64,000 nt of DNA from Nitrospinaceae bacterium (GCA_965223665.1 OZ245011.1:1408001-1472000); one strand, 5' to 3'; shown: positions 39,945 through 50,723, numbered from the stretch's first letter. Translations and numbers: made by a program. Notes: a model not told the origin generated them from the sequence alone.

Positions 39945-40742
39945 ATGAATTTTATCACTAAATGCAAAAAATATTTTCTATTCTTACTGCTTATTAAGAG
40001 TTTATATTTGGGAGGTTGTGCCGCCATCACAGACGTTCCACTCTTGACGAACAAAAACTCTGATCCACTAGATAATATGGAAGGGTATTATTATCTGCTG
40101 GATACCAATGGGAAAAAATCCAAACCTATTTTTTTTCAAATTCAAAAATTTCCAGAAGACGGAAAGAATTTATACAAAATTTTAGTAGCCAACCCAAAAG
40201 ATACCACCCTCTTAAGATTTAAAAAACTTAGTGGCAATTGGATATTATTGGAATCAAAGGAAAGTAATTTGGTTAATTCCAAATCCCGTTATTTAAGCTT
40301 CCTTGAATGGCAAGATAAAAAGGGAACCTTTTTTGTACCAAGTGACAAATTACCCACTGATTTGTTGAGTTCTTATCATAATCTGAATGGACATGTAAAA
40401 ATCAAAAGCAACTACCTTATTTTTGATGAAATCGCGGTTACAAAATATGAAAGAGAGATCCTTGGTTTTATACAGAGAGAATTCACTGAAAATAAGGATC
40501 GCTTGAAACCTGTCGCAGAAATGTTTGGATCTGATGAAAAGGCCACTATCAGCCACTGGTGCAAAGAACTAACAAAGATTTTTGACTCAAAAGAGTTTTC
40601 AGAAAACTCTCGGCAAACTCAAAAAATAAATTCCGCCATAGATAAATGCAAGCGAGCCGTTGAGCTGAATCCTGAATCCGCCGAACTAAAATCTCTTTAT
40701 GAAAAAGCTTTAGCAAAAAGGGACGCTACCCAAAAACAATGA
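39945..40742 (+). CDS. Hypothetical lipoprotein with C-terminal TPR-like helix pair
   Basis: LGGC lipobox; AI..CKRAVELNP at C-terminus; AT-rich. Confidence 0.6.
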   Translation: MNFITKCKKYFLFLLLIKSLYLGGCAAITDVPLLTNKNSDPLDNMEGYYYLLDTNGKKSKPIFFQIQKFPEDGKNLYKILVANPKDTTLLRFKKLSGNWILLESKESNLVNSKSRYLSFLEWQDKKGTFFVPSDKLPTDLLSSYHNLNGHVKIKSNYLIFDEIAVTKYEREILGFIQREFTENKDRLKPVAEMFGSDEKATISHWCKELTKIFDSKEFSENSRQTQKINSAIDKCKRAVELNPESAELKSLYEKALAKRDATQKQ

Positions 40743-40949
40743 AAAGGAAACAATGACCTGCTCCCCGTTTCGTGTAAAGGTCGATGCATTTCCTCTTTTC
40801 CAAATTGATAATGGAATATTGCACGTGAAGGAGAGGAACACGTCATAAATAATGCCAACGGCTCCTCACACCTTCCATGCAAAAGAAGATCATCAATAAT
40901 CAGTTACGATCATCACTCGTTATAGAGCAATAAGAACGGGTTTTTGTCC

Positions 40950-41951
40950 TCATTGGACTTTCGTCAAAGTATTGATGCTGATATGAGGCCACTGCGCTCG
41001 TCCCGGAAGACCGTCAGCTCGAGGTATAAAGAAATCGAGCATAACCACTTGCGAATATTGCATCCTCAAACCAGGTTTACCCTGTTTATAATCGCCTTCC
41101 AATTCTTGAATCCAAAAAATCGATTTCATACTGACGGGTTCCGCCTGTTTAACGACAAAGGGTATATTCGAAATCCCGGCATCTTGACGGGTTGAATCCA
41201 CCGTAAGAATAGTGGTCTTCTTTATATCCACATTTTGATTCGCAAATCTCAGGATCTCATTCATATCGATGGGAGAAAATCCCGGAAACCCCGGAACGCC
41301 GACAACATTTCCCATAAAAGGTTCGTCTCGATAATGCTTGTACGGTTCTAAATAGATATCAGTATCCAGATCATCAAATCGACCGATGGGCAAACCGCTG
41401 ATCCGTGGAATTTCCGGAGCTCCGTCAATAACCTTCTGAGTTCCCAGCGCCAGAACCGAGTTGCCGTGCGGGATGGTGGCTAAGCGAGCGACTTCCAATA
41501 CTGCATCACCAGTAATATCTTTATCGGTCGTCCGCAGGTTCTTCATATAAAGCCATAACCCCGGCTCATGGTGAATCGCTAATCCGGCATCACCGGCTAA
41601 ACCGCTTTCAGGAAAATCATCCGCATTGGTTTGTTGAATGGTTTGTTGATAATCCAGCGTAGCCGCAAATTGATCGTCCTCACCGGAGTCGTCGATAATC
41701 CCGGCAAGACCTCGGTTGGGAACATTGTCATCCACAAAGGAAAACTTCAATTGCTCATCATACTGATTCATCAAAATTCGATATTTCGCCTTACCCGGAG
41801 GCGCATCATTAAAAGGCAACGCAATCATATTCCAACCGGTTCCCTCTCCTTTCCACTCTCCGGGAAGTTGGGCGAGAGGCCCTAAATCTTTTGCATCCTT
41901 TAAATCAACTGGGTCCTTACAAAATTTGCGAACAAGTTTTTTTAGTTTCAT
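40950..41951 (-). CDS. Putative heme-binding beta-barrel protein
   Basis: LGPLAQLPG.W.G, GWNMIALP, VPNRG, IH.EPGLWL, RLATIPHGNS, LQYSQ.V.L.F, WPHIS.NTL motifs recalled from a conserved family; function uncertain. Confidence 0.55.
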   Translation of the reverse strand: MKLKKLVRKFCKDPVDLKDAKDLGPLAQLPGEWKGEGTGWNMIALPFNDAPPGKAKYRILMNQYDEQLKFSFVDDNVPNRGLAGIIDDSGEDDQFAATLDYQQTIQQTNADDFPESGLAGDAGLAIHHEPGLWLYMKNLRTTDKDITGDAVLEVARLATIPHGNSVLALGTQKVIDGAPEIPRISGLPIGRFDDLDTDIYLEPYKHYRDEPFMGNVVGVPGFPGFSPIDMNEILRFANQNVDIKKTTILTVDSTRQDAGISNIPFVVKQAEPVSMKSIFWIQELEGDYKQGKPGLRMQYSQVVMLDFFIPRADGLPGRAQWPHISINTLTKVQ

Positions 41952-42426
41952 TGTTCCTCCCTCATTAATGAATGATTAATTGTATGAGCTGCCTTGGGGA
42001 GGCCCTAAAGCTTAAATAGGAAATTCGAAAACTCAGGGCAAACCATCAGCTTTCCGAACAAAATTCCATAACTCCATAACCCCTTCAAAACAAGTTCTTT
42101 AAAGTAATTTCGCTTTAAATAAGGTTTTTTTTGGTGCTAGAATGAATTCTTCCTGAGGAACTCAGGAATCTAATCTAACTTAGTTATGTTAAATTAATTC
42201 GATATACAAAATCTATCATACCGAACAAGGGATAGGAACACTTTTTTTGTGTAGGGGTTATTTTTCTACTCGCCGTGGCAGCCGGGGGCCGCGGTTTGAG
42301 GCAATGGGGGTTACCCAATTTGGACGGGTTCCTGTTTGATGGCCTATGATACAATAACTATACAATCCAACCCCATAGAAAACGGATTAAGTCCTTCAGC
42401 AAATTGATTCGAATAGGAGAGCTCGT

Positions 42427-43149
42427 ATGAGTTTCGACCCCAATTTGTTTGAAACACCCATCAACCGAAGGGATTTTATTTCTACCACCTCCACCCTGGC
42501 GGGAGCGCTTACTTTCGGCTCCGTTCTTTCATGGCCGACCCGTCTGCCGGCCGAACCCAAAGTGGTCTCCCCCGACACGGTGCTTGAAATCCTGCATGCA
42601 GGGAACAAACGTTACCTGAACGGCAATACCCACAAGCACGATTTTCACGAAGATCGGGCCGAACTGACCCAGAGTCAGCACCCCATTGCCGCAGTGCTCA
42701 GTTGCTCGGACTCCCGCGTGGTTCCGCAGTTTGCGTTCGACCAGGGTTCCGGCAAACTGTTCGTCGTCCGCGTGGCAGGTAACATCGCCAATGCTCACGG
42801 AATTGCTTCGCTCGAGTATGCGGTCAAATACCTTAAAACTCCACTGATTTACGTTTTGGGACACACCTCCTGCGGTGCCGTGGATGCCGCGATTAAAGTG
42901 GTGAAGGATGGGGCAGCGTTTCCCGGGGAACTTCCGGGGCTGGTGTCAACCATCGCCCGGGCCGTGCATGCCACCAAATCGAAACCGGGAGACATCTTGA
43001 CGAACACGGTTCACGAAAACGTGCGTTTGACCGCGGCTCACCTTATAGTTTCGAGTCAAATTATACAATCCCGGGTGGAATCGGGTCAACTCCGAATCGT
43101 GGGTGGAGTTTACGACCTGGCCACCGGTAAGATCTCTCTGTTGTCTTGA
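42427..43149 (+). CDS. Beta-class carbonic anhydrase with Tat signal peptide
   Basis: RRDFI twin-arginine motif; CSDSRV, RVAGN, SLEYAV, LGHTSCGAV zinc ligands. Confidence 0.92.
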   Translation: MSFDPNLFETPINRRDFISTTSTLAGALTFGSVLSWPTRLPAEPKVVSPDTVLEILHAGNKRYLNGNTHKHDFHEDRAELTQSQHPIAAVLSCSDSRVVPQFAFDQGSGKLFVVRVAGNIANAHGIASLEYAVKYLKTPLIYVLGHTSCGAVDAAIKVVKDGAAFPGELPGLVSTIARAVHATKSKPGDILTNTVHENVRLTAAHLIVSSQIIQSRVESGQLRIVGGVYDLATGKISLLS

Positions 43150-43179
43150 GCGGTGCCACACCCTCAGTTAAAGTTTGGC

Positions 43180-43220
43180 CCTGGTGTGACGGTCCCCTAA
43201 CACGGGAACGTTACACCAGG
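43180..43220. other. Stem-loop downstream of carbonic anhydrase
   Basis: CCTGGTGTGACGGTCCC...GGGAACGTTACACCAGG imperfect inverted repeat; no U-tract. Confidence 0.4.
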
Positions 43221-43667
43221 ACACAGGGTGATTGACCACTCGCCGTGGCGGCAGAATTTATTCCCGATGATCAGTAGTTAAAACTGAATCTCCAGATTCT
43301 TTCCTAAAATAATTTCTCCCTTCAAAAAAAAATAACAGAAAAAAGAAAGATGTACTCCCTCTTTCCTAAAGAGGGCTGGGGTGATTCACATTCAGGGGTT
43401 CTAAAAATGATAAAAAAAATAATGCGAAGTTTTTGACTATCCCGTTTGCAAGCAAACACATCGAAGAATTATTCTGAGTCCAGCGTCGCGCTGGCCCCCT
43501 CTTTCCCAACCTGGCGATTGGATGCAATAAGGATTTTCAAAAGTTAGTTAATAAACAGACCGCAAATAACCTTACGAAAATTTATTTTCCCGGCGGCCGG
43601 GGGCCGCGGTTGGGAACAGAAGGAACATTCTCAAACTTTCCTTTCAAAGTTGACCTCAAGTCAAAGC

Positions 43668-44156
43668 TCAGGAAAGCTTTTCGTTGGCCTTTTCGCCTTT
43701 GCTGTAAGAATCGTAGACCACCACGGGAATATTCAGGTCGGCCAGGTTTTTCTGGATTAACGGTTCGACCTCACTCCACTCCAGCCCTCCGACTCCTGTA
43801 GCCAGCCGCGGCAACGCAATGGATGTAATTCCCTGCTCCTGAATGATGCCGCATAAATCTTTAAGAGCATGATTGATATTTTTCACACTGGCTTTTCCCG
43901 GATGAGCCTTGTTGTTCGGCGCCGGTTCCTGAGTCATCAGATTGATCACTACCTTCTCGGCTCCGGCCCATAACCAGGCATGGCCCGGTTTCGGATTTTG
44001 CTGATGACAGTAATGACGAAAATCTTTGACCATCGCAGGAAAACGTTCCCGCAGGGACAACGCCAGTCCCTGGTCAAAGTGATCATGAGGAGCAACGCCG
44101 TGGGCAATTGCCTTTGCTTCCGTTAAAAGAATATCGCCGTGAACTTTGGTAATCAT
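43668..44156 (-). CDS. Macro domain protein (TARG1/DarG-like ADP-ribose processing)
   Basis: GDIL...A.AIAH.V, GLA..LRERFP, VINL.TQ, SIALPRLATG.GGL.W..V. Confidence 0.85.
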   Translation of the reverse strand: MITKVHGDILLTEAKAIAHGVAPHDHFDQGLALSLRERFPAMVKDFRHYCHQQNPKPGHAWLWAGAEKVVINLMTQEPAPNNKAHPGKASVKNINHALKDLCGIIQEQGITSIALPRLATGVGGLEWSEVEPLIQKNLADLNIPVVVYDSYSKGEKANEKLS

Positions 44157-44503
44157 ACTCTGGCCTCATTTCTGTTGTGGAATATTCATTAAATTAATGT
44201 GCATGTGCCTGCTTTCTCTTTTCAGCCGCCCTGGAATTATACCTCCCCTATTAATAAAGATCGACAGGTGTCGGGTTTTATTCCAATCCCTGAAAGAAAA
44301 GAAACTGAAAATCGGACCCTTGTGCTAAAACTCCGACAAAAGGGGTAATACCGGGGGAAGACGCCCGCCAGGGATGAGATTCACTCAATGAAATCCTGCC
44401 TTCAAAAAAACTTTATTCCTGAAAATCAACCGTTAAACTATTTATAAACACTGGTGTCTTTGGATTCTAATTTCTTAGGGAGGGATTGGGAAAGGGGCTT
44501 TTC

Positions 44504-45235
44504 ATGGGAAACAAGTTTGTTGGATTCTTGATTGCCGGAATTGCTTTTATCCTTGCCTCTGTGCTGATGCTGCAATTCTTTGTCAAACCCAACCCGTATC
44601 CCGAGGGCGTTGTCACCCGGCTTCCCGCAACCGGAGACTGGATTTATCCTCAAAATACTGCCGAAGTTTTAGCCAAAGAACTGACGACCGAGCAATTGAT
44701 CGACCGCTGGAACCGGTGGCCGCAAAAACCCGATAAGGAAGGCTTCCATCTGGTTTACGCGGATGCTCTGGCACTGCACGGGGAAGACGCGGTTTCCGCA
44801 GTGGAGCCCCTGGCCAAAGCCGTCAAACATTTCGATCCGAATCTTCGAAAAAGCGTCATGAAAGCACTGGCCGCCATTGGCGAGGAAGGCATCCCGCCTT
44901 TGATAGAAGCGTTGAAATACTGGCCCGACGAAGATCCCAACAACTTCGGACAGGAAATCCGTGGGGACGCGGCCAATTACCTGAAAGAGGCGGCACGCGA
45001 GGAAGTCTACATTGGACTTGCCCTGCCCACTCTCAGTGCGTATCTGGTCAATGAAAAGTGTTCCGTTCACACTCGCCAGGAAGCGGCCCTCGCCCTGTCA
45101 TGGATGGGCACACCCGAAGCCGGCGAAGCTCTGAAGAAAGGACGCGACTGGTATTTCTCCCTGGACGGTTTGACCCTGGAGGAAAACCAGGTCCTGGAAA
45201 AAATCAACCTGGGCCTGCGCCGATTAAACACCTGA
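44504..45235 (+). CDS. Membrane-anchored HEAT-repeat protein
   Basis: N-terminal TM; AVEPL..A, LR..V..AL.AIG...IPPLIEAL, RQEAALAL..MG..EA HEAT/PBS-lyase repeats; ATG start at 44504 preferred. Confidence 0.7.
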   Translation: MGNKFVGFLIAGIAFILASVLMLQFFVKPNPYPEGVVTRLPATGDWIYPQNTAEVLAKELTTEQLIDRWNRWPQKPDKEGFHLVYADALALHGEDAVSAVEPLAKAVKHFDPNLRKSVMKALAAIGEEGIPPLIEALKYWPDEDPNNFGQEIRGDAANYLKEAAREEVYIGLALPTLSAYLVNEKCSVHTRQEAALALSWMGTPEAGEALKKGRDWYFSLDGLTLEENQVLEKINLGLRRLNT

Positions 45236-45264
45236 ATGGACTCGCTCCGAAACTATAAACCCTC

Positions 45265-45684
45265 ATGAAAGAATTTAATCCCGTCGAAGACGTAGAGGAC
45301 AGCGCACTGATTCTGGATAACGGCCAGTGGCCCAACTTCCACGATGCCGAGATTCATAATTTAAATTTGTGGCGCGGCGATGTACGACCGGAAGATAATG
45401 TATGGATCGGCCCCGTCCTGGAAATCACACTAGAGTTATGCGCCTTGAGAAATCCATACATGGTGGTTTTAAAGTTTCATGATTGTGAATCGATCAAGTT
45501 TACCGACTTCAATCACCAAAACGGAGTCTACGATTTGACCTTCCAATATGAAGATCGAGGCACCCTGACCACCGGTGAAAAATTAACGCCCTACATCGTT
45601 GTGAACTTCGAGCAAGGCTTCGGCGCCTCCCTCTCCTTCAAGTGTTTCAAAGTCCAGGCCATGAACGGCAATAAAGTCAATTAA
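45265..45684 (+). CDS. Imm50-like immunity protein
   Basis: WPNFHDAEI..L.L.R N-terminal motif and FNHQN...L pattern. Confidence 0.65.
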   Translation: MKEFNPVEDVEDSALILDNGQWPNFHDAEIHNLNLWRGDVRPEDNVWIGPVLEITLELCALRNPYMVVLKFHDCESIKFTDFNHQNGVYDLTFQYEDRGTLTTGEKLTPYIVVNFEQGFGASLSFKCFKVQAMNGNKVN

Positions 45685-45689
45685 CCGGG

Positions 45690-46190
45690 CACTCGCCGCG
45701 GCAGCGTGACGTTGCACTCAAAATTTATCTGCGATGAGTTTCTGTGCAAACCAAATCCGCAGAATCTTTCCCAAAGCAAACCTTCCCTTCAGAAAAAAAT
45801 ATTAAAAGAAAAGCAATGTACTCCCTCTTTCCTAAAGAGGGCTGGGGTGATTCACATTCAGTGAAAATTGTCAAAAGAAGAAATGATGCGTCCCCCCTTC
45901 CAGTCCACGACTGGAGGGAATATTTTATTCTCGATGAGTTAGCTGCAAACTAAATCCCCAGATTCTTTCCTAAAATAATTTCTCCCTTCAGAAAAAAATA
46001 ACAGAAAAGAGAACGATATGCTCCCTCTTTTTAAAGAGGGCTGGGGTGATTCACCTTAGTGCGGAATTTAATAATAAATTTTGCCTCCCTCGCTAGAGGG
46101 TGAAGAGGGCTAGGGGGATTTTTCCTCCAGGGGTTTTAGGAGAAAGATGTATCCCCTCTTTCCTAAAGAGGGCTGGGGTGATTAACCTTA
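45690..46190. repeat. Dense cluster of dispersed palindromic repeat modules
   Basis: Three CCCTCTTT..TAAAGAGGGCTGGGGTGATT modules plus GCAGCGTGAC-type and GGGCTAGGGGGATTTT modules. Confidence 0.85.
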
Positions 46191-46194
46191 AATG

Positions 46195-47235
46195 TTATTG
46201 GATTATTCTTGAAACATTTTTAATAAATTCTTTTGTATCTAAGAAATAATTTGGATATGCTTTTTTTAAAGAATTAACCGAACCAACTGAAACCAATACT
46301 ACTTCGCTGGCTTCCCCTTCACTTACTTTCGTTTCCAATTCTGCATATGCTTTTGATGCTTTATGTAATTGATCTCTTCCATATGCTTGGAGGGTTATTG
46401 TCTTTTCTTCGTAGTTCAAATTAATTAAATGATAGGTATATGCTTTTTGACCTTTTTTATCCAAAATAAAATCTGCAGCAAGTGAAAACCCTTTCAACAT
46501 ATCCAAAACCTTCAAATCTCTTTCAATTTTTTTTACCTTTTTAAATATTTCACTTTTTGAGAAGTTTTCATAACCTGGGACCGGGGTTGTTCTTTCAATA
46601 TGAGCAAATGCAGAACCAACTAGTTTAAAATAATCCAACCATTTTTCTTCTCCCTGACTTGATTTTAATGATTGCTTTAAAAAAGTACCCATAGTTTCTA
46701 CCGCCGTTGCCCAAGCATGTTGAAGCTTCGTTCTTACCTGTAATTCAACCATCAAACCATTATATTTTGGAACTAACTTATTTTGGTAACGATAAATAAG
46801 ATGGATGCACCTATAACCATCCTGTTTGGGGTTTTCTATATAGTTTTTGGTAGTAATTAATTCATGTTCAAATCCACCTGGACGTGTGTATTCTTTGACT
46901 ACTTGATTTACTTTTCTTAGAGACGAGACAATGGCTCGCAAACCTCCTATATCTTGCATCCTTGATAATTGCATTGATTTAAATCGTTTAAGTTTATTTA
47001 TTATTGAAGGTGCCCGCTTTAAACGTTGGGCAACAATCGCATGTCTGTCAATTTTATTTAATCTATTTCTTAGGGTAGAATTAAAGGTATTAATTGGATA
47101 ACCATGACAAGCTCGCCAATTTTCCAATACTTTATTAGCCCACATTAAATCTTCTTCCCTCGGGCTATCTTTAATTAAAATTGACCCGGCCTTGGAAACT
47201 TTATTTTTTGAATACTGTAAGGTTGGAAAAGCCAT
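46195..47235 (-). CDS. RelA/SpoT synthetase-domain protein (small alarmone synthetase)
   Basis: RLKR..SI..KL, MQDIGGLR, YI.NPK.DGYR..H, ELQVRT.LQHAWA; no hydrolase domain; AT-rich. Confidence 0.88.
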   Translation of the reverse strand: MAFPTLQYSKNKVSKAGSILIKDSPREEDLMWANKVLENWRACHGYPINTFNSTLRNRLNKIDRHAIVAQRLKRAPSIINKLKRFKSMQLSRMQDIGGLRAIVSSLRKVNQVVKEYTRPGGFEHELITTKNYIENPKQDGYRCIHLIYRYQNKLVPKYNGLMVELQVRTKLQHAWATAVETMGTFLKQSLKSSQGEEKWLDYFKLVGSAFAHIERTTPVPGYENFSKSEIFKKVKKIERDLKVLDMLKGFSLAADFILDKKGQKAYTYHLINLNYEEKTITLQAYGRDQLHKASKAYAELETKVSEGEASEVVLVSVGSVNSLKKAYPNYFLDTKEFIKNVSRIIQ

Positions 47236-47730
47236 GTAATTTTTATGAATTTATTTTGCTTTAACAAAATACAATGATTTTCAGTTGCCTGATTATAAAA
47301 GAAATACATTATTTATCTAAATATTTTTTTGACAACAAATCTTCTTAGCCTCATTCGTAAAAAGTTTATTTCGAAGCGCCAGTTAAAAAACCAAAATTAA
47401 AATAAAACAGGGAAACTCGTTGGCAACTCTTTTGCTCCCTCTTTCCTAAAGAGGGTTAGGGTGATTCACCGCTAATAGCCCTTCTTAGAATTAGAATCCT
47501 GTCAACCTTCCCGAACCCACCTTTTTAAGTTAATTTTACCCAAAAATAGTTACTTTTGAGACGAATCTACCGCTAATATTTAAATGTGCCCAAATTTACC
47601 TTGATTGCCCATACAGAATGAATTAGGGTTGAGAAAAATCATCAGAAAATGCCTATCAAATTTAATTTAGATATAAATAAGACTACTTCCGACCCTTTGA
47701 GGATGTTCAAAAAAATTCAAAAGGCTTATA

Positions 47731-48186
47731 TTGAAAAAAATAATAGTATTTCACATATTAATTTTAATAACTATTGTTGCACTATGGATACAAGAACCTA
47801 TAGGAAATATTCCAAATTGGTTAAATAGTTATTTATTAGCAATCCAATGTGTACTGATTGCGGCGGCAGGAGGGTCACTTTATTGCCTACGAGCTATATA
47901 TGTTAATAAATGTGTAAAAAAAAAATGGGATGTCGAATGGGAGACTTGGTATTACCTAAGACCAATTGCTAGCTCATTAAGCGGATTTGCAGCATATATC
48001 TTTTTAAAAGCCGGCTTGCTTATCTTAGAAGCTTTTCAAGAAGCTAATTCTGGAAATTATGGCTTTTTAGCTGTTGCATTTATAGCTGGTCTAAATGTAG
48101 ATAAATTTGTACAGAAAATTGAGGATATTGCAAAATCTACATTTGGGATTGATAAATCCAGATCATCAACCGAAGAGGAATCGTAA
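47731..48186 (+). CDS. Four-TM hypothetical membrane protein
   Basis: GG.LYCLRAIY...WD..W..WY.LRP and AFIAG pattern; AT-rich. Confidence 0.7.
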   Translation: MKKIIVFHILILITIVALWIQEPIGNIPNWLNSYLLAIQCVLIAAAGGSLYCLRAIYVNKCVKKKWDVEWETWYYLRPIASSLSGFAAYIFLKAGLLILEAFQEANSGNYGFLAVAFIAGLNVDKFVQKIEDIAKSTFGIDKSRSSTEEES

Positions 48187-48187
48187 A

Positions 48188-49012
48188 TTGGAGTTTAAGT
48201 TATTTGATGTCAAGCACGGATTTTGCGCAGCACTAATGAGCCAAAATTATTTGACACTAATCGATTGTGGTCATAATTTCTCTGATGGTTTTAGGCCCCT
48301 ACAATGGCTGTATGATAAAGGATATCGACATATAGACTCTTTGGTGATAAGTAACCTTGATCAGGATCATATAAGTGACATTAAGGCCATTAGAGATTAT
48401 TTCACTGTTGGCAATTTAGCGGTAAACCCCACAGTTTCTTCTACGACTTTGCGCCAAATAAAAATAAAAGGCGGTCCAATAAGTGAGCAGATGGAAATAC
48501 TTTTGAAAAGTATGGACAATCCAGAGTTGAATTCCGTATATTTTGTTCCATATCAAACAAAAGAAGTAAATTTAGAGTTTTATTGGGTATGTTATCCATA
48601 TGAGGAGGACACAAATAATCTTAGTGTTGTATCATTTATTAGTTTTGGAACTTGCGATATTATTTATCCAGGTGATCTGGAAAAAAAGGGTTGGTATCGG
48701 TTTCTACAAGATCAAAATTTCCGGTCTAGAATTACTAAAGTAAATGCATTTATTGCTTCCCACCATGGAAGAATTGATGGATATTGCAAAGAAGTTTTCG
48801 ATTATTGCAAACCTCAGATTGTTATTATCTCGGATCAAGAACGCAAGTTCACAACACAAGAACACGATCTTTACTTAAAACACGCGACCGGAATGAAGTT
48901 TCAATCCATTTTGCATAACACTACTACTCGCAAGGTTATGACTACAAGGAATGATGGGCATCTGACCATTTTTGAAAGATCAGGCATTTCTTACATAAAA
49001 AAGGGTCTTTAA
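48188..49012 (+). CDS. ComEC/Rec2-like metallo-beta-lactamase-fold hydrolase (probable TTG start at 48188)
   Basis: FDV.HG, LIDCG, SNLDQDH (variant HxHxDH), N..S.V, PGDLE, SHHG, T...G motifs. Confidence 0.8.
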   Translation: MEFKLFDVKHGFCAALMSQNYLTLIDCGHNFSDGFRPLQWLYDKGYRHIDSLVISNLDQDHISDIKAIRDYFTVGNLAVNPTVSSTTLRQIKIKGGPISEQMEILLKSMDNPELNSVYFVPYQTKEVNLEFYWVCYPYEEDTNNLSVVSFISFGTCDIIYPGDLEKKGWYRFLQDQNFRSRITKVNAFIASHHGRIDGYCKEVFDYCKPQIVIISDQERKFTTQEHDLYLKHATGMKFQSILHNTTTRKVMTTRNDGHLTIFERSGISYIKKGL

Positions 49013-49132
49013 CAAATAATGTCCATTTTTGGTCGAAACCTGCCATTTTAATTTACCTAATTCTCTTCCAAAATTAGCCCTTAATATATAGAACCAACTC
49101 ATTAAGGGTTTCGTCACAATATTTGATACAGT

Positions 49133-50590
49133 TTACTGATGGCTTTTGGCCTGGTGGCTTTTTGCGGGGCAATGGTCCCGCGGGGACCGAATGAACAACA
49201 GCGGATGGTCCCGCCATTTCCGGCTCAAATATTGAGGATCTGCGGCAGGCGGTCGAGTCTGGTACCAGTAGCGATAGTAATTCACCCGGCGGAATTTTTC
49301 TGACTGGTACACGCACTCCAGCACCAGAGGTTGCGATTCGATCACCGCGTTGACGTCGTCCTCGTACATCTTGCGGGCGCGCGGGTTGTTCAAAAAATCA
49401 GCGAACGTCTGGTACAGGTGCCAGCGGCCGAACGGGGAGACCTCGATCTCCAGCAGTTGGCCCGGTGTGATTTTTTCCATCTTGATTCGTAATGCCCGAT
49501 TGGGCGGCAGGTTCGGAATCGGCGGCACATACCCCTCCGGCACATCGCCATAATCATACACCGTGAACTTTTTCTTTTTGCCAATGGTGGGGTCGCCGAC
49601 CTTCCCTTTCACCTTGGCATTCCGTTGGACACGCTTTTTTTCCCAGTAATTGATCTGCTTTTGGTTGTTGAAGTCGTAGACCACATACATACTTTTCAAG
49701 TTACTGGCACTTTGGTTGTCGGTTGGGTCCAGAGTGTGATGCGCCTCAAAAGCGGCCATGGCATAGAACATCGCCTTCGAATGCGACGGTTTGCCACGGC
49801 GCAGGTTCCACAAAAACTTGTGGCCGCAGTTATGGTCTTTCTTCTCTATTCTGACGCGCTCCGGATCTTTGCCTCGCAACTCCCATTCTCGACTGGCGAC
49901 GAACCGCGCAAAAGTAAAATCGGATTTTTTCGTCCTCTGGCGGCGGCGCTGTTTTCGCCAGCGACCTTCAAACACCTGATAGCGCGGCATACAGACATCA
50001 CTCATGTCCATATCCTTGAACTTGCGTGCCGCTATCAACAACACCAGATCCAGATTTTCTTCAGCCAGTTTCTTCGCTTCTGCTTCCAGTTGGTTTATCT
50101 CGCGACCGATTTGGTCGAGTTGGCGTTGTTGCTCCTCAGACCTTACAAACGGTTTGGGGATATCCTCTGCACTGGCAAAGCGAACCGCATTGGGGAGGTC
50201 CACGGTTATAGACAAAGCGGGTGTGAGCCGGATGGGGTTTTTGGGGTGCTTGGGTTGAATGACACCTTCCACTCGAATTACCTGGCCGACCAGTTGCTGC
50301 GCATGCTCATCCCGTTTGACCGGAGAACGGACATAGGCGTTATCATAAAAAATCAGGCCGAAGCGGTTGGAGCCTTCAAAGTACACATAAAAATAATGGC
50401 CGCCCATTGGCGTTTTCCTGGGTCCCCCGCTGGCCCAGACCACCTTACTCACTTTGCCGTAGACGACCTGACTTTTTCCCACCGAGCGCTCCACTGCATC
50501 GGCGTCGGTGACAGCGATGCCGCGATTGGCCGCATGGGCGGTGGTGATCCCGATGACCACAGTCAACAGGTAGGTGAATAACGTTTTCAT
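49133..50590 (-). CDS. Hypothetical secreted protein with N-terminal OB-fold-like region
   Basis: Signal peptide ending AHA; VG....V.GKV..V ... G..IRV.G.I pattern; basic; relatively GC-rich. Confidence 0.6.
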   Translation of the reverse strand: MKTLFTYLLTVVIGITTAHAANRGIAVTDADAVERSVGKSQVVYGKVSKVVWASGGPRKTPMGGHYFYVYFEGSNRFGLIFYDNAYVRSPVKRDEHAQQLVGQVIRVEGVIQPKHPKNPIRLTPALSITVDLPNAVRFASAEDIPKPFVRSEEQQRQLDQIGREINQLEAEAKKLAEENLDLVLLIAARKFKDMDMSDVCMPRYQVFEGRWRKQRRRQRTKKSDFTFARFVASREWELRGKDPERVRIEKKDHNCGHKFLWNLRRGKPSHSKAMFYAMAAFEAHHTLDPTDNQSASNLKSMYVVYDFNNQKQINYWEKKRVQRNAKVKGKVGDPTIGKKKKFTVYDYGDVPEGYVPPIPNLPPNRALRIKMEKITPGQLLEIEVSPFGRWHLYQTFADFLNNPRARKMYEDDVNAVIESQPLVLECVYQSEKFRRVNYYRYWYQTRPPAADPQYLSRKWRDHPLLFIRSPRDHCPAKSHQAKSHQ

Positions 50591-50723
50591 GCTGTCATGA
50601 CCCCTTGAAGATCAACTCGGAATTTTTATTGAGAAAATTTTTTCTACCCTATCAACGGAAGGCTATTTTTTCAACCCCAATCCCATCGGCTTGTGAGAGT
50701 TGAGCCCTGCCGAAATAATGGCT

